Shown here: positions 9,550 to 21,422 of the stretch, piece after piece
How positions within the stretch are numbered: position 1 is the stretch's first letter
How the letters are laid out: each line of letters opens with the position of its first letter
Sequence record: SRR22947725_2388
Length of the DNA: 55,334 nucleotides
Strand: one strand, 5' to 3'
Notes under the pieces: model-generated
What the model was told of the DNA's origin: nothing
What the model saw: the letters and a program-made list of their open reading frames with translations, nothing else
The model's database searches: none
Made by a program: the position numbers and the translations under genes

Positions 9550-10995
9550 TTAAACCATGAGGTCATGCAACACATGTCCATGAACATCCGTAAGTCGAAA
9601 GCGCCGGCCTTGGAATTTGAAGGTAAACTGTTCGTGGTGGATGCCCATCAGATGCATTAAAGTAGCTTGAAAGTCATGAATATGGACCGAGTTTTCAACT
9701 ATGTTATAGCTGAAATCGTCAGTTTGGCCATAAGTCCTTCCTCCCTGAATACCTCCTCCGGCCATCCAGATGGAAAAACACTTTGGATGATGATCTCGTC
9801 CGTAATTTGTTTGCGTCAGTTCCCCTTGGGAATAGTTGGTACGCCCGAATTCTCCTCCCCAGACCACCAGTGTTTCGTCCAGCATCCCCCGTTGTTTGAG
9901 ATCTGTGATGAGGGCTGCTGATGCCTGGTCGGTATCTTTGCATTGACGCTGGATTCCTGATGGCAAATCGTCATGTTGATCCCAGCCGCGATGGTAGAGC
10001 TGAATGAACTTAACCCCTTTTTCCGCCATCCTTCGCGCCAGCAGGCAGTTTGCTGCAAATGTACCCGAATCTCTTGATGTTTCACCATAGAGATCGAAAA
10101 TGTGATCGGGCTCGTCAGTGGTATTGGTTATTTCAGGAACGGAGGTCTGCATGCGAAACGCCATCTCGTATTGAGCAATGCGCGTTTGAATTTCCGGGTC
10201 ATTGAAGCGTTGGGACTGCCGTTCCTGCAATTGGCGCAGAATGTCCAGCTGATCTCTGCGGTCCTTGAAATCCACCCCGGGAGGATTGTTGAGGTAAAGC
10301 ACTGGATCTTTCCCTGACCTGAATTGTACTCCTTGATGTTGTGAAGGTAGGAATCCGTTTCCCCACAATCGCGCGTAGAGAGGCTGTCCGTAGCGTTCCT
10401 TTGTGATCAAAACGATGAAGGCCGGCAGGTTTTCGTTGTCGCTTCCCAAGCCGTAATCAATCCATGAACCAATCGCAGGGCGACCAGGGAATTGAGAGCC
10501 AGTCTGAATCAATGTGGCGGCTGGATCGTGATTGATCGCATCGGTATGCATGGAGTTGATGACGCAAATATCATCGGCTACTTTGGCGGTGTGCGGCAGC
10601 AGGCTGCTGAACCAGGTGCCTGATTGACCATGACGGGAGAATGGGAACTGGGAGCCAGCCATCGGAAAAGAACTTTGACCCGCCGTCATGCCGGTGAGGC
10701 GCTGACCTTGACGTATTGATTCCGGTAGTTCCTGTCCATGTCTCTGATGGAGTATGGGTTTGTGATCGAAGGTTTCGATCTGTGAAGGAGCACCGCTTTG
10801 GAATAGATAGATGACGCGTTTTGCCTTTGGGGCGAAATGGGGCAGGCTGTTTTGGGTTCCGGTCGCAGCCCATCCTGTTCGATGCAATAATGTCGATAAA
10901 CCCAAGGCGCCCAGACCACCTGCCGATTGACCGAGAAAGGTGCGACGGTTCAGTCTGTTGGACTCGTTGATGATGTCGTGCATGCTATTTTTCAT
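9550..10995 (-). CDS. DUF1501-family Tat-exported protein
   Basis: Tat motif RRTFLG, plus 'HFAPKAKRVIYLFQSGAPSQIETFD', 'GWDQH', 'VVWGGEFGR', 'GRDHHP'. Confidence 0.93.
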   Translation of the reverse strand: MKNSMHDIINESNRLNRRTFLGQSAGGLGALGLSTLLHRTGWAATGTQNSLPHFAPKAKRVIYLFQSGAPSQIETFDHKPILHQRHGQELPESIRQGQRLTGMTAGQSSFPMAGSQFPFSRHGQSGTWFSSLLPHTAKVADDICVINSMHTDAINHDPAATLIQTGSQFPGRPAIGSWIDYGLGSDNENLPAFIVLITKERYGQPLYARLWGNGFLPSQHQGVQFRSGKDPVLYLNNPPGVDFKDRRDQLDILRQLQERQSQRFNDPEIQTRIAQYEMAFRMQTSVPEITNTTDEPDHIFDLYGETSRDSGTFAANCLLARRMAEKGVKFIQLYHRGWDQHDDLPSGIQRQCKDTDQASAALITDLKQRGMLDETLVVWGGEFGRTNYSQGELTQTNYGRDHHPKCFSIWMAGGGIQGGRTYGQTDDFSYNIVENSVHIHDFQATLMHLMGIHHEQFTFKFQGRRFRLTDVHGHVLHDLMV

Positions 10996-11035
10996 CTGAT
11001 GAAGGTGTTGAATATTGTTACCGCTTGCGCCTGTT

Positions 11036-14000
11036 TCAACGTTTCATGTAGGCTTCGTCAAAATTCATGATCGTCGAGGCAACTTGTGTCAACGCTGCCG
11101 TCTGAACCCGGTCCAGCTTCGGATTCAGAGGGTACGCTCCTACCTCCAATAAGGCATTCGTTGCCTCTGGATTGTTTTCGTATTTGGTGTAAGCCCGATC
11201 AAAAAGGGTGGTCAGCAAGTTGAGTTCGGTTGCGTCCGGATACCTCCCGCATAGAAGTCGAAATCCCAAGTTCAATTGATGATCGATGGTTTTGCCTGCT
11301 TCTAGTTGCATGCGCTGTGCCAGCACTCGTGCAGCTTCCATGAACTCTGGATCGTTGAGTAAGGTCAATGCCTGGATCGGCGTGTTGGTATGCTCGCGTT
11401 TCACCGTGCATACCGAACGATTGGGCGCATCAAAGGCGATCATGGCAGGGTGAGGTGTGGTTCTTCGAACGAAGGTGTACATGCTTCGACGATAAAGGTT
11501 GGAGCCTGTGTCGTGCTTGTAAGCGCTTCCGGGACCCGTTTTTTCTACCCACAATCCAGCAGGTTGATAGGGTTTGACACTTGGTCCACCGACTTTACGC
11601 GCAAGGAGACCGCTTGCGCTCAGCGCATTGTCACGAATCATTTCGGCTGAAAGACGGTGATATGGACCTCTTGCGAGGTAGGTGTTAGTCGGATCCTTTT
11701 CCATGTGCTGCTGCGCACTGACTGAGGATTGTTGGTATGCGGCAGAAGTCACCATGGTGCGAATCAACCAGCGCAGATCCCAGCCAGATTCCATGAAAGA
11801 CACGGCTAACCAATCCAGGAGTTTGGCATGCGAGGGCGGAGCGCCTTGTGAACCGAAGTCTTGCGGCGTGTCGACAATGCCCCTTCCAAAGATCATTTGC
11901 CAATAGCGATTGACCGTGACGCGCGCGGTCAGGGGGTTCTTTATGTCGGTTAACCATTGAGCCAATCCCAGGCGGTTTCGAGGCAGATCATCATCGAAAG
12001 CAAAGATCTTGTCCGGTGCATCGGGAAATACCTCCTCAGTTGGAGCGTCGTATTGGCCACGATTCAATACAAAAGTCTTACGAACTTTTTCCATTTCTCC
12101 CAATACCATCATTTCAGGTACACTTTTGAGTAAGGCTAATTTACGTTTTGTCAACGACCGGATTTTATTTCTTAAATCACGGGATTTCGCCTCTTCGCGA
12201 CGCAGTAAATGATCCGTAAAATAGGATGGAGGTTGGGATGATTCGTCCAGCGACTGATTGGTCAGCGTTGAGAACAAAGCAGCAGATTCCCGTTCGCTGA
12301 GGCATGATTTGAAAAATGTAATGTGATCGATGCTGCCGAGGAACACGCCGTTGTCACCCGTGTAAAAACGGCCACTTCTGCCAACGATAACCGGTTTTTG
12401 TGGCCACCCTTCCTGTTTTCCCCAGCTGTGGACAATACTTCGATAAAGGTTGTCGTAAGGAACGGTGTGATGGACCTTCTTTCCATTGACGAATAGCCCT
12501 GTATCCTGCGTGTTACCCAATCCACCATATGTGAACATGACATGATGCCATTCGTCCCTGGCTAACGAGATCTCTGATGTTATCTGCAGATAATTCTGCG
12601 GCCAAAATCCGATCAATCTCAAGTTGAGCCGGCTTTCCTCATCCAGAAAGAAATCCCAGCCCTTCCATGCATTACCAAGCTCACCTGAAATGCCCATGAT
12701 GGATTGGTTTTTGCCGGCCTTTTCCGAACGAATCCAGGCGCCGGCGGAGAAAGGTTCGTTTATTTCGAACGTTCCGTCCTCACGTAGAAAGACCAGATCA
12801 AACTCCTTGTCAAAACGGAGGGCATTTCCGACGCGTCCATTTACCTGTTCAGGGTCACCAGATGCCACGGACTTTGGATTGTCATCCACCATTTTGTCGA
12901 TAGGTGTGTTACGAACCACCCGGTGTATGGCGCCTTTGACAGGGATTTTTTCTTTGCGCATCGTATCCAGAGGGAATACGGCTTCTGGAACGGGTGCTGA
13001 AACAGGAGTCGTCTTTAGTCGTTGGATAGTTTTGGCATCAGCGATCCAATCTCTTTTCACTTCCTCAAGTTCTCTGAATGCCTGATCCAACTCTTCCTCG
13101 AGCTGTTGTAGATCGTGCTCTTTTTCAGGGTCGGGTAAAAGGAGCACGGGGCCGGAAGAACTGCCGCCTTCGGCGACCATGCCCAGCTCCTTCTGATTAT
13201 TGAAAAAAGCGGACAACTGATAATAATCTTTTTGTGAAATTGGATCGAATTTGTGGTCATGACAACTGGCGCATTCCAGAGTCAACCCCATGAAAGCGGT
13301 GCCAACAGTATTGATACGGTCCTGTACATATTTGATGCGAAATTCCTCATCAATGATGCCGCCCTCAGCTGACACTGGATGATTGCGATTGAAAGCCGTA
13401 GCCAGGATTTGCTCGCGCGTGGCGTTTGGAAGGAGATCGCCCGCCAACTGCCAAGTGATGAATGCGTCATAGGGCATGTTCTGTTGAAAGGCCTTGATTA
13501 CCCAATCGCGCCATGGCCAATGATAACGCTCGCGATCTCCATGCATTCCCTGTGAATCGGCGTAACGCGCTACATCCAGCCACTCCATGGCCAGACGCTC
13601 CGCATGTGCTTGCGAATGCAAAAAACGATCGATCAATTGTTCGTAGGCCGTGGGAGAGTCATCAGCCAGAAAAGTATCGATTTCTTCCGGGCTGGGTGGC
13701 AAACCGGTCAAATCGAAACTCAGGCGACGGATCAGATACTCCTTTGAAGCCCTGAGTGTGGGGTCTAGATCGCGATCTTTCAATGCGCTCAAAACGAATG
13801 CGTCGATCGGATGACGAATCATATGCCCATTTTCTTGCAAAGGGTTTTCCTGTTCGAATGGGAGGGTGGATTTGACGGCTGGAACAAAGGCCCAATGCTC
13901 TGTCCATGAAGCGCCCTCATTGATCCATTGGAGTATTTGTTGTTTTTCCTTTGTGGACAAACTTAAATTAGACTCAGGAGGCGGCATGCGTTCGTCAGAG

Positions 14001-14353
14001 TCTTCAGACTGCATACGTTGCCACGCAATACTTCGATCGGGATCACTTGGGACAAAGGCGTGACCATCGGAATCTTTCAGTAAGGCGAATGCATGATCCT
14101 TGTGGTCCAGCCTGAGGTCGGCTTTGCGTGCGCTGTCGTCAGGGCCGTGACACGGAAAACATCGATCAGAGAGGATGGGAAGAATATGAGTATTGAAATC
14201 GATCGGACCGGACGCTGCTTCATCAGCTCGGGCAGGTCCGGTGTTTATCGACAGGCAACACACCAGACAAACCATCCTGACACAGACAGAAAATCGGAAC
14301 CGCAAGGCTTCACTTCGAATGCGTTCATGAATGTTCATAAGTTTTTTATTCAT
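11036..14353 (-). CDS. Planctomycete cytochrome c (PSCyt1)/DUF1549/LamG/DUF1553 multidomain protein
   Basis: Heme motifs CFPCH and CASCH. 'WLDVARYADS', 'CHDHKFDPISQKDYY', a LamG-like 'EWHHVMFTY...LFVNG', and 'NPLTARVTVNRYWQ', 'RRSMY', 'NTPIQAL'. Confidence 0.93.
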   Translation of the reverse strand: MNKKLMNIHERIRSEALRFRFSVCVRMVCLVCCLSINTGPARADEAASGPIDFNTHILPILSDRCFPCHGPDDSARKADLRLDHKDHAFALLKDSDGHAFVPSDPDRSIAWQRMQSEDSDERMPPPESNLSLSTKEKQQILQWINEGASWTEHWAFVPAVKSTLPFEQENPLQENGHMIRHPIDAFVLSALKDRDLDPTLRASKEYLIRRLSFDLTGLPPSPEEIDTFLADDSPTAYEQLIDRFLHSQAHAERLAMEWLDVARYADSQGMHGDRERYHWPWRDWVIKAFQQNMPYDAFITWQLAGDLLPNATREQILATAFNRNHPVSAEGGIIDEEFRIKYVQDRINTVGTAFMGLTLECASCHDHKFDPISQKDYYQLSAFFNNQKELGMVAEGGSSSGPVLLLPDPEKEHDLQQLEEELDQAFRELEEVKRDWIADAKTIQRLKTTPVSAPVPEAVFPLDTMRKEKIPVKGAIHRVVRNTPIDKMVDDNPKSVASGDPEQVNGRVGNALRFDKEFDLVFLREDGTFEINEPFSAGAWIRSEKAGKNQSIMGISGELGNAWKGWDFFLDEESRLNLRLIGFWPQNYLQITSEISLARDEWHHVMFTYGGLGNTQDTGLFVNGKKVHHTVPYDNLYRSIVHSWGKQEGWPQKPVIVGRSGRFYTGDNGVFLGSIDHITFFKSCLSERESAALFSTLTNQSLDESSQPPSYFTDHLLRREEAKSRDLRNKIRSLTKRKLALLKSVPEMMVLGEMEKVRKTFVLNRGQYDAPTEEVFPDAPDKIFAFDDDLPRNRLGLAQWLTDIKNPLTARVTVNRYWQMIFGRGIVDTPQDFGSQGAPPSHAKLLDWLAVSFMESGWDLRWLIRTMVTSAAYQQSSVSAQQHMEKDPTNTYLARGPYHRLSAEMIRDNALSASGLLARKVGGPSVKPYQPAGLWVEKTGPGSAYKHDTGSNLYRRSMYTFVRRTTPHPAMIAFDAPNRSVCTVKREHTNTPIQALTLLNDPEFMEAARVLAQRMQLEAGKTIDHQLNLGFRLLCGRYPDATELNLLTTLFDRAYTKYENNPEATNALLEVGAYPLNPKLDRVQTAALTQVASTIMNFDEAYMKR

Positions 14354-14823
14354 GGTTATTTTGTGATGTCGGGATTCGGAATGTTCAGATCCTACTTATC
14401 GTGTGAGATCTGTCGAGCAGAAGAGGGGGAGTGGTTGGATGATGTTTTTTCTGTGAGAAGGGCCTGAGGAGATGCATTTGAATCATCGAACCCTTAACCC
14501 GCCAGGCTTTGATACAAGGTTCTCATGATGATGTGGGCATCTTCCTGCATTTTGCTTTCAAATTGGATGCGAACATGCAGCTTCGACGGCAGATCGAGTC
14601 GTCATGATCCGGCTTTGGCAGTGTGCAGGAATGCTTGCGGCATGGGATGGGAAAGGGCACTGGAAACGACAAGGGACAGGGAAGTTCCGGAACCACCTGC
14701 TCTGATCTTTGCTGGAGTCCATGGATTTGATGTTCTTATCCATTGCATCACATACTCCTCATACCCCCATCCATCGTCTAAAAGAGATGATCCGCGGCGC
14801 TTTTACGGATCATGCTTGCATGA

Positions 14824-14852
14824 TTGATTTGTCATGAAGAGTCATTTACACT
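14824..14852 (+). promoter_or_regulatory. Candidate sigma70 promoter for the ThuA-like gene
   Basis: TTGATT-17 nt-TACACT, about 53 nt upstream of ATG 14906. Confidence 0.45.
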
Positions 14853-14905
14853 TTGCTCTATTCAGAATCAATCTTAAGACAAGAAGTCGTTCAAAAGAAA
14901 AAAAT

Positions 14906-15949
14906 ATGAGAATCAAAACCCATAGCAAGCTTATGTCCATGCTCACCCTTTGTGCCATATTGCTGCAGGGAGCGTTTTCCCTGCAAGCGGAACCGTGGGT
15001 GGTTTATGAAGGGGATTCAGGGCCAGGGAAGGGGAAACATATTTTATTCATTGCTTCTGATCATGAATATCGAGGTGAAGAATCTTGTCCGGCGATTGCC
15101 CGCATCCTTGCCAAACGTTACGGTTTCAAATGTACCGTGCTTTTTGGTCAGACATCTGAAGGATTTATCAAGCCTGGCTCATCAATCATACCGGGGATTG
15201 ATGCCATTGACGATGCGGACATGTTGTTCCTGTTCATGCGGTTCCTCCATCCAGACGATGCGTGGATGGCAAAGTTTGAAGGCTACCTTGATCGTGGAGG
15301 ACCCTTGCTTGGCCTTCGCACCACGACACATGCATTCAATGGCATCAAGGGTAAATACGCCAAGTACAACTACAATACATCCGGTGATTTTGTCGGTGGA
15401 TTCGGTCGGCAAATTCTTGGTGAGACATGGAACCCCGCATTGGGTGCCGGTCATTACGGTAGTAATCACAAGTATGCAACTTCGATGCATGTGGTTCCTG
15501 GTCAGGCGAGTCATCCTGTGATGCGAGGAGTGAAGGATATGCATGCCATGGCGGGAGCCTACTCTGCTGTCCCGATGCCGGGCTCTACTATCCTTGCCAA
15601 AAATCAGGTACTCTCTTCCATGGAAGTTGGAGCCAAGCCTCTGGAGAACAAACCCCCACAACCCGCCGCCTGGGTAAAAACTTATCAGTCGAAATCTGGC
15701 AAGGAAGGGCGCGTATTCTGTTCAACTCAAGGCGCCTCCGAGGACATCCTCAGTGAGGGAGTCCGGCGCATGATCGTCAACGCGACGCTCTGGTGCATGG
15801 GGATGGAGAAAGAGATTGAAGCCGATGCAGATGTCTCATTTGTCGGACCTTACAATCCAAGTACCTTCAGTTTTAACCCTTCCATCACCGACGCAAAGCC
15901 CAGCGATATCCGAGGGTGGGATACTGCCATTCTGAAAAACAAGGACTAG
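14906..15949 (+). CDS. ThuA-like (class I GATase-fold) exported protein
   Basis: Signal peptide (..SLQA|E), 'GKHILFIASDHEYRGEE', 'LGLRTTTHAF', 'HPVMRG', 'AWVK...GRVFCST.G'. Confidence 0.78.
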   Translation: MRIKTHSKLMSMLTLCAILLQGAFSLQAEPWVVYEGDSGPGKGKHILFIASDHEYRGEESCPAIARILAKRYGFKCTVLFGQTSEGFIKPGSSIIPGIDAIDDADMLFLFMRFLHPDDAWMAKFEGYLDRGGPLLGLRTTTHAFNGIKGKYAKYNYNTSGDFVGGFGRQILGETWNPALGAGHYGSNHKYATSMHVVPGQASHPVMRGVKDMHAMAGAYSAVPMPGSTILAKNQVLSSMEVGAKPLENKPPQPAAWVKTYQSKSGKEGRVFCSTQGASEDILSEGVRRMIVNATLWCMGMEKEIEADADVSFVGPYNPSTFSFNPSITDAKPSDIRGWDTAILKNKD

Positions 15950-16195
15950 GCGGCGTGGGTTGAAGCAGTAAAGTCGTGCGCCAGCACGGTTGATGTGGCC
16001 TCCATGCGAGCCTGATGCTGAACTGATTCGAACTTATGGTTGGCTTAAGCTTCACATAGCTGCGTATGAGTCATCGCAGTAAAAGGGATTGAGAGTGTTT
16101 TTTGGGGCAACGCCTGATGTGATCAAGAGTCAGCGTGGCGAATGCCCTCATCAGCTTTTGGAAATAATGATGCCTGATTTTGAGCACTGCTGAAA

Positions 16196-19100
16196 TTACC
16201 TGAACATCTCGACAAACTTGTGGATTTCGTTGAGTTTGGCAGTGGCAGACTTTCGGGTAAGGCGGGGAAACCTGCCACTCATCATGACCCATTGTCCATT
16301 GCGCATGATTTTGAGTTTATCTCGCTGGGTGGCGATTTCACTGATGCCTTTGAGGAAGGCTTTCCATTTCAGATCGCTCAACAGCATCAAACGCTCTACC
16401 GCATCAGGCAAGGGCCCGTAACGATCCCGAAGTTCATTTCTAAGCGATTGAAGGGACTCGGTATCGTTTATTTCAGCTATCTTGCGATATATTTCAATAC
16501 GCTGCTGAGGTTCTGTCACGTAATCCAATGGCAGGTAGGATGGTTCCTTGACGACCGCAATGACTTTCTCTGCGGGGGCTTCACTGACGTCGGTGGTTTC
16601 TATGTAAACCGCCGTTTCGCGTGGTATGGAAATTTCCAAACTGTCTTTCCCTCGGCGCCTTGATTTTTTCTTGCTTTCCTTGGTTTGTGCTTCGCTGGTT
16701 TCTCCAGGGTTCGTCAAAAGGAAATCCATGTCGACTTTTACATCCACACGCGGAGGAATTTTTTCGCCGCGTAATGCGCAGATGCTCTGCTTGAGAAGTT
16801 GACAGTAAAGATCGAAGCCAATGGCGGTAATATGACCACTTTGCTGAGATCCCAGAAGATTGCCAGCTCCCCGGATTTCAAGGTCACGCATCGCAATTTT
16901 GAATCCGCTGCCTAACTTGGAGTACTGTTTCATTGCACTCAATCGTTTGCGCGCATCCGTCAGGACACCCGCATGCCGCGGAAGCAACAGGTAAGCATAG
17001 GCCTGGTGTTTGTACCGTCCTACTCGGCCGCGTAACTGGTAAAGTTCACTGAGCCCAAAACGATCTGCTCGATCTATGATGATGGTGTTGGCATTGGGGA
17101 TATCGATGCCACTTTCGATGATCGTTGTGGATACCAATACGTCGGCTTCTCCATTGATGAAGGTACGCATCACTCCTTCTAGTTCCTTTGCTTCCATCTG
17201 CCCATGTCCCACTACAACGCGCGCATCCGGAACCAGAGTCTGAATTTTCTGAGCCATGACGTTGATGGTGCCCACTCGATTGTGAAGGAAAAAAACCTGC
17301 CCCTGACGATTCAGCTCCCTGCGTAAAGCATTCTTGATGGCATCCTCATCAAAAGGAATCACTATTGTCTCGACGGGTAAACGATCCTGTGGGGGCGTCT
17401 CAATCGTACTCATGTCACGAGCCCCCATCAATGCGAGATGAAGCGTGCGTGGAATCGGCGTTGCACTCAGGGTCAGGACATCGACCATTTTGCGCATTAA
17501 TTTGAATTTCTCCTTTTGTGCGACACCAAAACGCTGCTCTTCATCAATGACCACCAACCCCAGATCCTTAAAAGTAACGTCCTTTTGAATGAGTTTGTGA
17601 GTGCCGATGATGATGTCGACTGACCCCGTGGCCAGATCCTGAATAATTTGACGACTTTGCCTGGGTTTTTGAAATCTGGACAGCAACTCCACGCACACCG
17701 GGTAATCTGCCATGCGATCAGCAAACGTATTGTAATGCTGTTGAGCAAGTACTGTAGTTGGAACCAGGATGGCTACCTGGCGTCCGCCCATCACGGCTTT
17801 AAATGCTGTGCGAATGGCTACCTCCGTTTTTCCAAAGCCGACATCTCCGCAGATCAATCGATCCATGGGTTTGGCTCGCTCCATGTCTTGTTTGGAGGCA
17901 TCGATGGCACGGACTTGATCGTCGGTTTCCTCATAAAGAAACGCACTTTCGAACTCTCTCTGCCATGGTGTGTCTTCCCCAAATGAATGTCCGGATTCGC
18001 TTGCGCGTGCAGCCTGTATTTGAAGTAAATCCCCCGCAAGATCCCGAATGGATTTTTCAGCCTGAGCTTTTGCTTTTTGCCAACGACGCCCCCCCAACGT
18101 GTTTAATTGAGGTCTGCCTTTACTGGCCCCAATATATTTGCTGACGAGATGAGCCTCACTGACAGCGACGTAAAGTTTGGGAGGTTCGTCTCCGTAGTCT
18201 TTGGCAGCATACTCAATCACCAGATATTCGGGGCCCTTTTCATCATCCTCAGATTGCGAACCCACTGGAGGTAAACGCCTCAGCCCTACATAACGCCCAA
18301 TACCATGCTGCAGATGTACAACGTAATCTCCCTCTTCGAGATCTGCAAAATCGATTTGCAGTATAGATTTTGCTGCTGCCGCGTGGGGTGATTTGAGGCG
18401 ACGAGGGCGCTGTACTTTGTAGCGCCCAAAAATTTCAGCATCAGTGACAATCGCGCATCCAAGTGAGTCAGCCACAAAACCTCGACTAAGGCTACCCGTG
18501 AGCAAATGAAGGTTTTTTGACTGAGCAGAATCGCTGTTGAACCCTGACTCACTCCAGATTTCCTGAAAGCGCTGGCTTTCGCCTTCGTTGTTACAAATCA
18601 CCAGAACCTGATATCCCTTCCGCAACCAACGATGCATTTGGTTAAGGAAATCCTGACGTTGTTTTTCTGCGATGTGAGCCTCCGGACGTCGATCTCCCAA
18701 TGGACGGTATAGTTCCATGGATTCTAGATCTGGATGTAGCTCCATGCCCTGATCCATCGACATAGGTTCAGGGGAATCTTCAATGAAGCTGCCACCCTGA
18801 TCAGCTTCCTTTAATTCGGCACGTTTAAAATCGCCATCATTCAAACGCTTGAGCAATCCATACCAATCCATGAAATAGGGATCATCCTCAGGTATTTGCT
18901 CCATATAATGCTCTGCTGCCTCTTGAAGAGCCAATGGCTCTGTATCCAGAATGCATGCATCTTGAGGGAGATAGTCCAGGATACTGGAAAAGGGGATAAA
19001 CTTACTGGTGCCTGCTTTCTCGTTCTTCTCGATTTGTTGCTTGATGATGCCGAGCTCTCCACCAGGGGTGAGTTCGATCTTTTCAACACGATCTCGTGTA

Positions 19101-19834
19101 AGTTGAGATTCGGGTTGAAAATAGCGGATGGATTCCAGTTCATCACCAAAAAATTCAAGACGTACCGGCCAGGGACTGCTAAGAGGAAACACATCCAGAA
19201 TGCCGCCCCTGAGAGCTATCTCACCTTTCTGGGTGACCTTGGCTTCCGGCTCATACGCTTGATCTTCCAGCCATTCGACCAGATCCAGAGGGTCGATTAT
19301 ATCTCCTACCTTCAATGTTCGTGCACGTCCTTGAAGATCATCTGGTTCGAAGGTGCGTTGCATCAATGCCTGGATGGTGGTGACAATGACAGGCGCTGGT
19401 TGGTTTTCAGGATCTGATTGCCATCGCAAAAGAGCCATCAATGTGTCCAAGCGCTCGCTGATCACATCCGCATGAGGAAGTTTGGCTTCATGTGGTAGAT
19501 GTTCCCAAGCCGGGTAAAAATAAGGCTGTGAGAAAGACGACAGGTCTTCTTGATTGCTGAACCATTGCAACCAGGTTGTCAGATCCTGATGCATGGATTC
19601 CTGGAGTTTCAAGCCGGGAGTAATGACAACCAATGGACTCTTTGGATGTGCCGTTTTGTAACAGGCAGCCATGAAAGGCCAGCTCGACGATGGCGCAGGT
19701 GTCCATCGAACAAAGGGCCGCTGGCCGGAAGAATGCACCATTTCCTTCCACCATGAAGTGTCTTTCCAGTGACTCCATGGCTGCAGGGATGAATGCGTTG
19801 ATTTTTTATTTTTGTTCTTCACTTTCGAAACCAA
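16196..19834 (-). CDS. mfd: Transcription-repair coupling factor Mfd
   Basis: UvrB-homology region, RID '[14 protein letters not shown]', '[17 protein letters not shown]', 'DEEQRFG', 'SATPIPRT', 'QLRGRVGR', '[12 protein letters not shown]', TRCF C-terminus. Start codon uncertain. Confidence 0.97.
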   Translation of the reverse strand: MVSKVKNKNKKSTHSSLQPWSHWKDTSWWKEMVHSSGQRPFVRWTPAPSSSWPFMAACYKTAHPKSPLVVITPGLKLQESMHQDLTTWLQWFSNQEDLSSFSQPYFYPAWEHLPHEAKLPHADVISERLDTLMALLRWQSDPENQPAPVIVTTIQALMQRTFEPDDLQGRARTLKVGDIIDPLDLVEWLEDQAYEPEAKVTQKGEIALRGGILDVFPLSSPWPVRLEFFGDELESIRYFQPESQLTRDRVEKIELTPGGELGIIKQQIEKNEKAGTSKFIPFSSILDYLPQDACILDTEPLALQEAAEHYMEQIPEDDPYFMDWYGLLKRLNDGDFKRAELKEADQGGSFIEDSPEPMSMDQGMELHPDLESMELYRPLGDRRPEAHIAEKQRQDFLNQMHRWLRKGYQVLVICNNEGESQRFQEIWSESGFNSDSAQSKNLHLLTGSLSRGFVADSLGCAIVTDAEIFGRYKVQRPRRLKSPHAAAAKSILQIDFADLEEGDYVVHLQHGIGRYVGLRRLPPVGSQSEDDEKGPEYLVIEYAAKDYGDEPPKLYVAVSEAHLVSKYIGASKGRPQLNTLGGRRWQKAKAQAEKSIRDLAGDLLQIQAARASESGHSFGEDTPWQREFESAFLYEETDDQVRAIDASKQDMERAKPMDRLICGDVGFGKTEVAIRTAFKAVMGGRQVAILVPTTVLAQQHYNTFADRMADYPVCVELLSRFQKPRQSRQIIQDLATGSVDIIIGTHKLIQKDVTFKDLGLVVIDEEQRFGVAQKEKFKLMRKMVDVLTLSATPIPRTLHLALMGARDMSTIETPPQDRLPVETIVIPFDEDAIKNALRRELNRQGQVFFLHNRVGTINVMAQKIQTLVPDARVVVGHGQMEAKELEGVMRTFINGEADVLVSTTIIESGIDIPNANTIIIDRADRFGLSELYQLRGRVGRYKHQAYAYLLLPRHAGVLTDARKRLSAMKQYSKLGSGFKIAMRDLEIRGAGNLLGSQQSGHITAIGFDLYCQLLKQSICALRGEKIPPRVDVKVDMDFLLTNPGETSEAQTKESKKKSRRRGKDSLEISIPRETAVYIETTDVSEAPAEKVIAVVKEPSYLPLDYVTEPQQRIEIYRKIAEINDTESLQSLRNELRDRYGPLPDAVERLMLLSDLKWKAFLKGISEIATQRDKLKIMRNGQWVMMSGRFPRLTRKSATAKLNEIHKFVEMFR

Positions 19835-20345
19835 ATCCCTCTTGCTCGTCGGATTGTTCCTCTTTCCAAATCTATTCTCATACCACTATCGGTGGTCTTC
19901 CCAATGAAATGCTGGTTAACGTCATCGTTTTTGATAAGTCGGGTTTGTTGATGGCCGGCGTTGTGATTTGCCAACCTTGATTTTTCAGGTGTAGAGACGG
20001 ATTCATGAATCTCATGCAACTGGTTAAAGATTGGCAGCAAAATGTGGATCAACACCTTCGTTAAAATAACCGACATCGGTGTGAAATCCATCGAAAACAT
20101 TCCTCGGTGTTTTTACGTTTCCATTATTATGCCTAGGTGCCAGAGCCTTAAACCATACGTGTTCGTCCTTTGCGCGTCTATCTCACTGACCAAAATCAAC
20201 CAGCTTTGCGAATGTTATCACACAGGCGAGTCAGGAAGCATGAAAAATTCAGTTTGGAGTGAATACCGTTATTTGTGTTTTTGTGGTATCGGTCATTCAG
20301 GTTCTCAGCGAACCTCAATGATTGAAATAATTGCATTGCGCATGG

Positions 20346-21422
20346 TTATTCCAGGAAATCTGAAACCTTGGCTACCCAGATTTGCCCCTGACAGGTGAAG
20401 CTGAAATGAGTCCCGGATGGATTGAGCTTCACGTTTCCAATGTTTTTCATTTCGATATCAGGGTCAAGAATCTCGGATGTTTCTGTCTCTAAATTCCATA
20501 GTTCTAGCGTCTGTTGGGTTGATCTGATTCTAAAATAAGGGAAAACCTGTGTCCTTCGAATGCGCCATCCAAGTGATAATCGTTCATATGCAATCAGCCA
20601 TGCATTGCCATTCTGGCAGTGCGATACAGAGGAGTTTTTGGTTACCAACATTTTCGGAACCATCAAATGCCGTTTTGATGCATCGTTCGCTGTCTGTTTG
20701 GCAAAGGATATCACATGCAGCGACAAGCTCTTTTCAGACCGTTTCATGAGATGCTCAAAGCACAGAACCCCGAGAGTGCCGTTTTTCATGAAGACATAAG
20801 GAGGGCTTGGAAAAAAGGGAAACGTCAGCTTGTTCCAGCCTGAATAGGAGGCATTTGTCGAAAATAAATGTGGATCCAATGAAAATTGGGTTTCTTTGAA
20901 TGTTGTCGATGGATCAACTTTCCAGGTGATCCATCCAGATTCATCAGGCAACCAGGTCAGATTCAACATATTATTAAGCCCTTCTTTCAATTCGACGGTC
21001 TTCTCACTTTCCCATTCATGGAGAAACTGCGCTTGCTCCGTTTTATTACCCATCACAAGAGCGAGGTGTTTTCCTGAAGGCGATGACTTTATCTCAAAAT
21101 GATTTCCTCGCTCTTCATGGTCCTGGAGATGAGGAGACAGGGCTTCCATCAACGATTCGTGGCCATCGTTTATATCCGTTTTCACACACAGAAAATCCCC
21201 TTGGTTTTTTTCTCGAAGAAAAAAGATTTCGTGATCAGATAGCCATCCATGATGCCTTGGTGCCTGAAGATCCATTTTAATCACCGGTTTGGCCAGTGCT
21301 GCCAGTGATTTTGGCTTGGATGTCTGAAGTCTGATGAATAAGTAGGCCGAAATGAAAACCAGAATGACCATGGCTGAAACTCCGACAATCAAGGAGATCC
21401 GAGCGAAGGATTTGAATCTCAT
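20346..21422 (-). CDS. Membrane-anchored hypothetical protein with TolB/PD40-like propeller repeats
   Basis: N-terminal TM, then repeats 'GWLSDHEIFF', 'SSPSGKHLAL', 'TWLPDESGW', 'LNPSGTHFSF..GQIWV'. ATGA overlap with the upstream gene. Confidence 0.6.
   Translation of the reverse strand: MRFKSFARISLIVGVSAMVILVFISAYLFIRLQTSKPKSLAALAKPVIKMDLQAPRHHGWLSDHEIFFLREKNQGDFLCVKTDINDGHESLMEALSPHLQDHEERGNHFEIKSSPSGKHLALVMGNKTEQAQFLHEWESEKTVELKEGLNNMLNLTWLPDESGWITWKVDPSTTFKETQFSLDPHLFSTNASYSGWNKLTFPFFPSPPYVFMKNGTLGVLCFEHLMKRSEKSLSLHVISFAKQTANDASKRHLMVPKMLVTKNSSVSHCQNGNAWLIAYERLSLGWRIRRTQVFPYFRIRSTQQTLELWNLETETSEILDPDIEMKNIGNVKLNPSGTHFSFTCQGQIWVAKVSDFLE

Noticed and set aside
14354-14820. Long divergent intergenic region with short ORFs (14525-14827, 14558-14743) and a small hairpin at about 14787-14813
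   Set aside because: No family motifs, riboswitch consensus or convincing start signals were found.
19835-20345. Gap of about 510 nt upstream of mfd with 93-118 aa ORFs
   Set aside because: The ORFs overlap on both strands, have atypical composition and show no recognisable homology. An unannotated small gene or ncRNA cannot be excluded.
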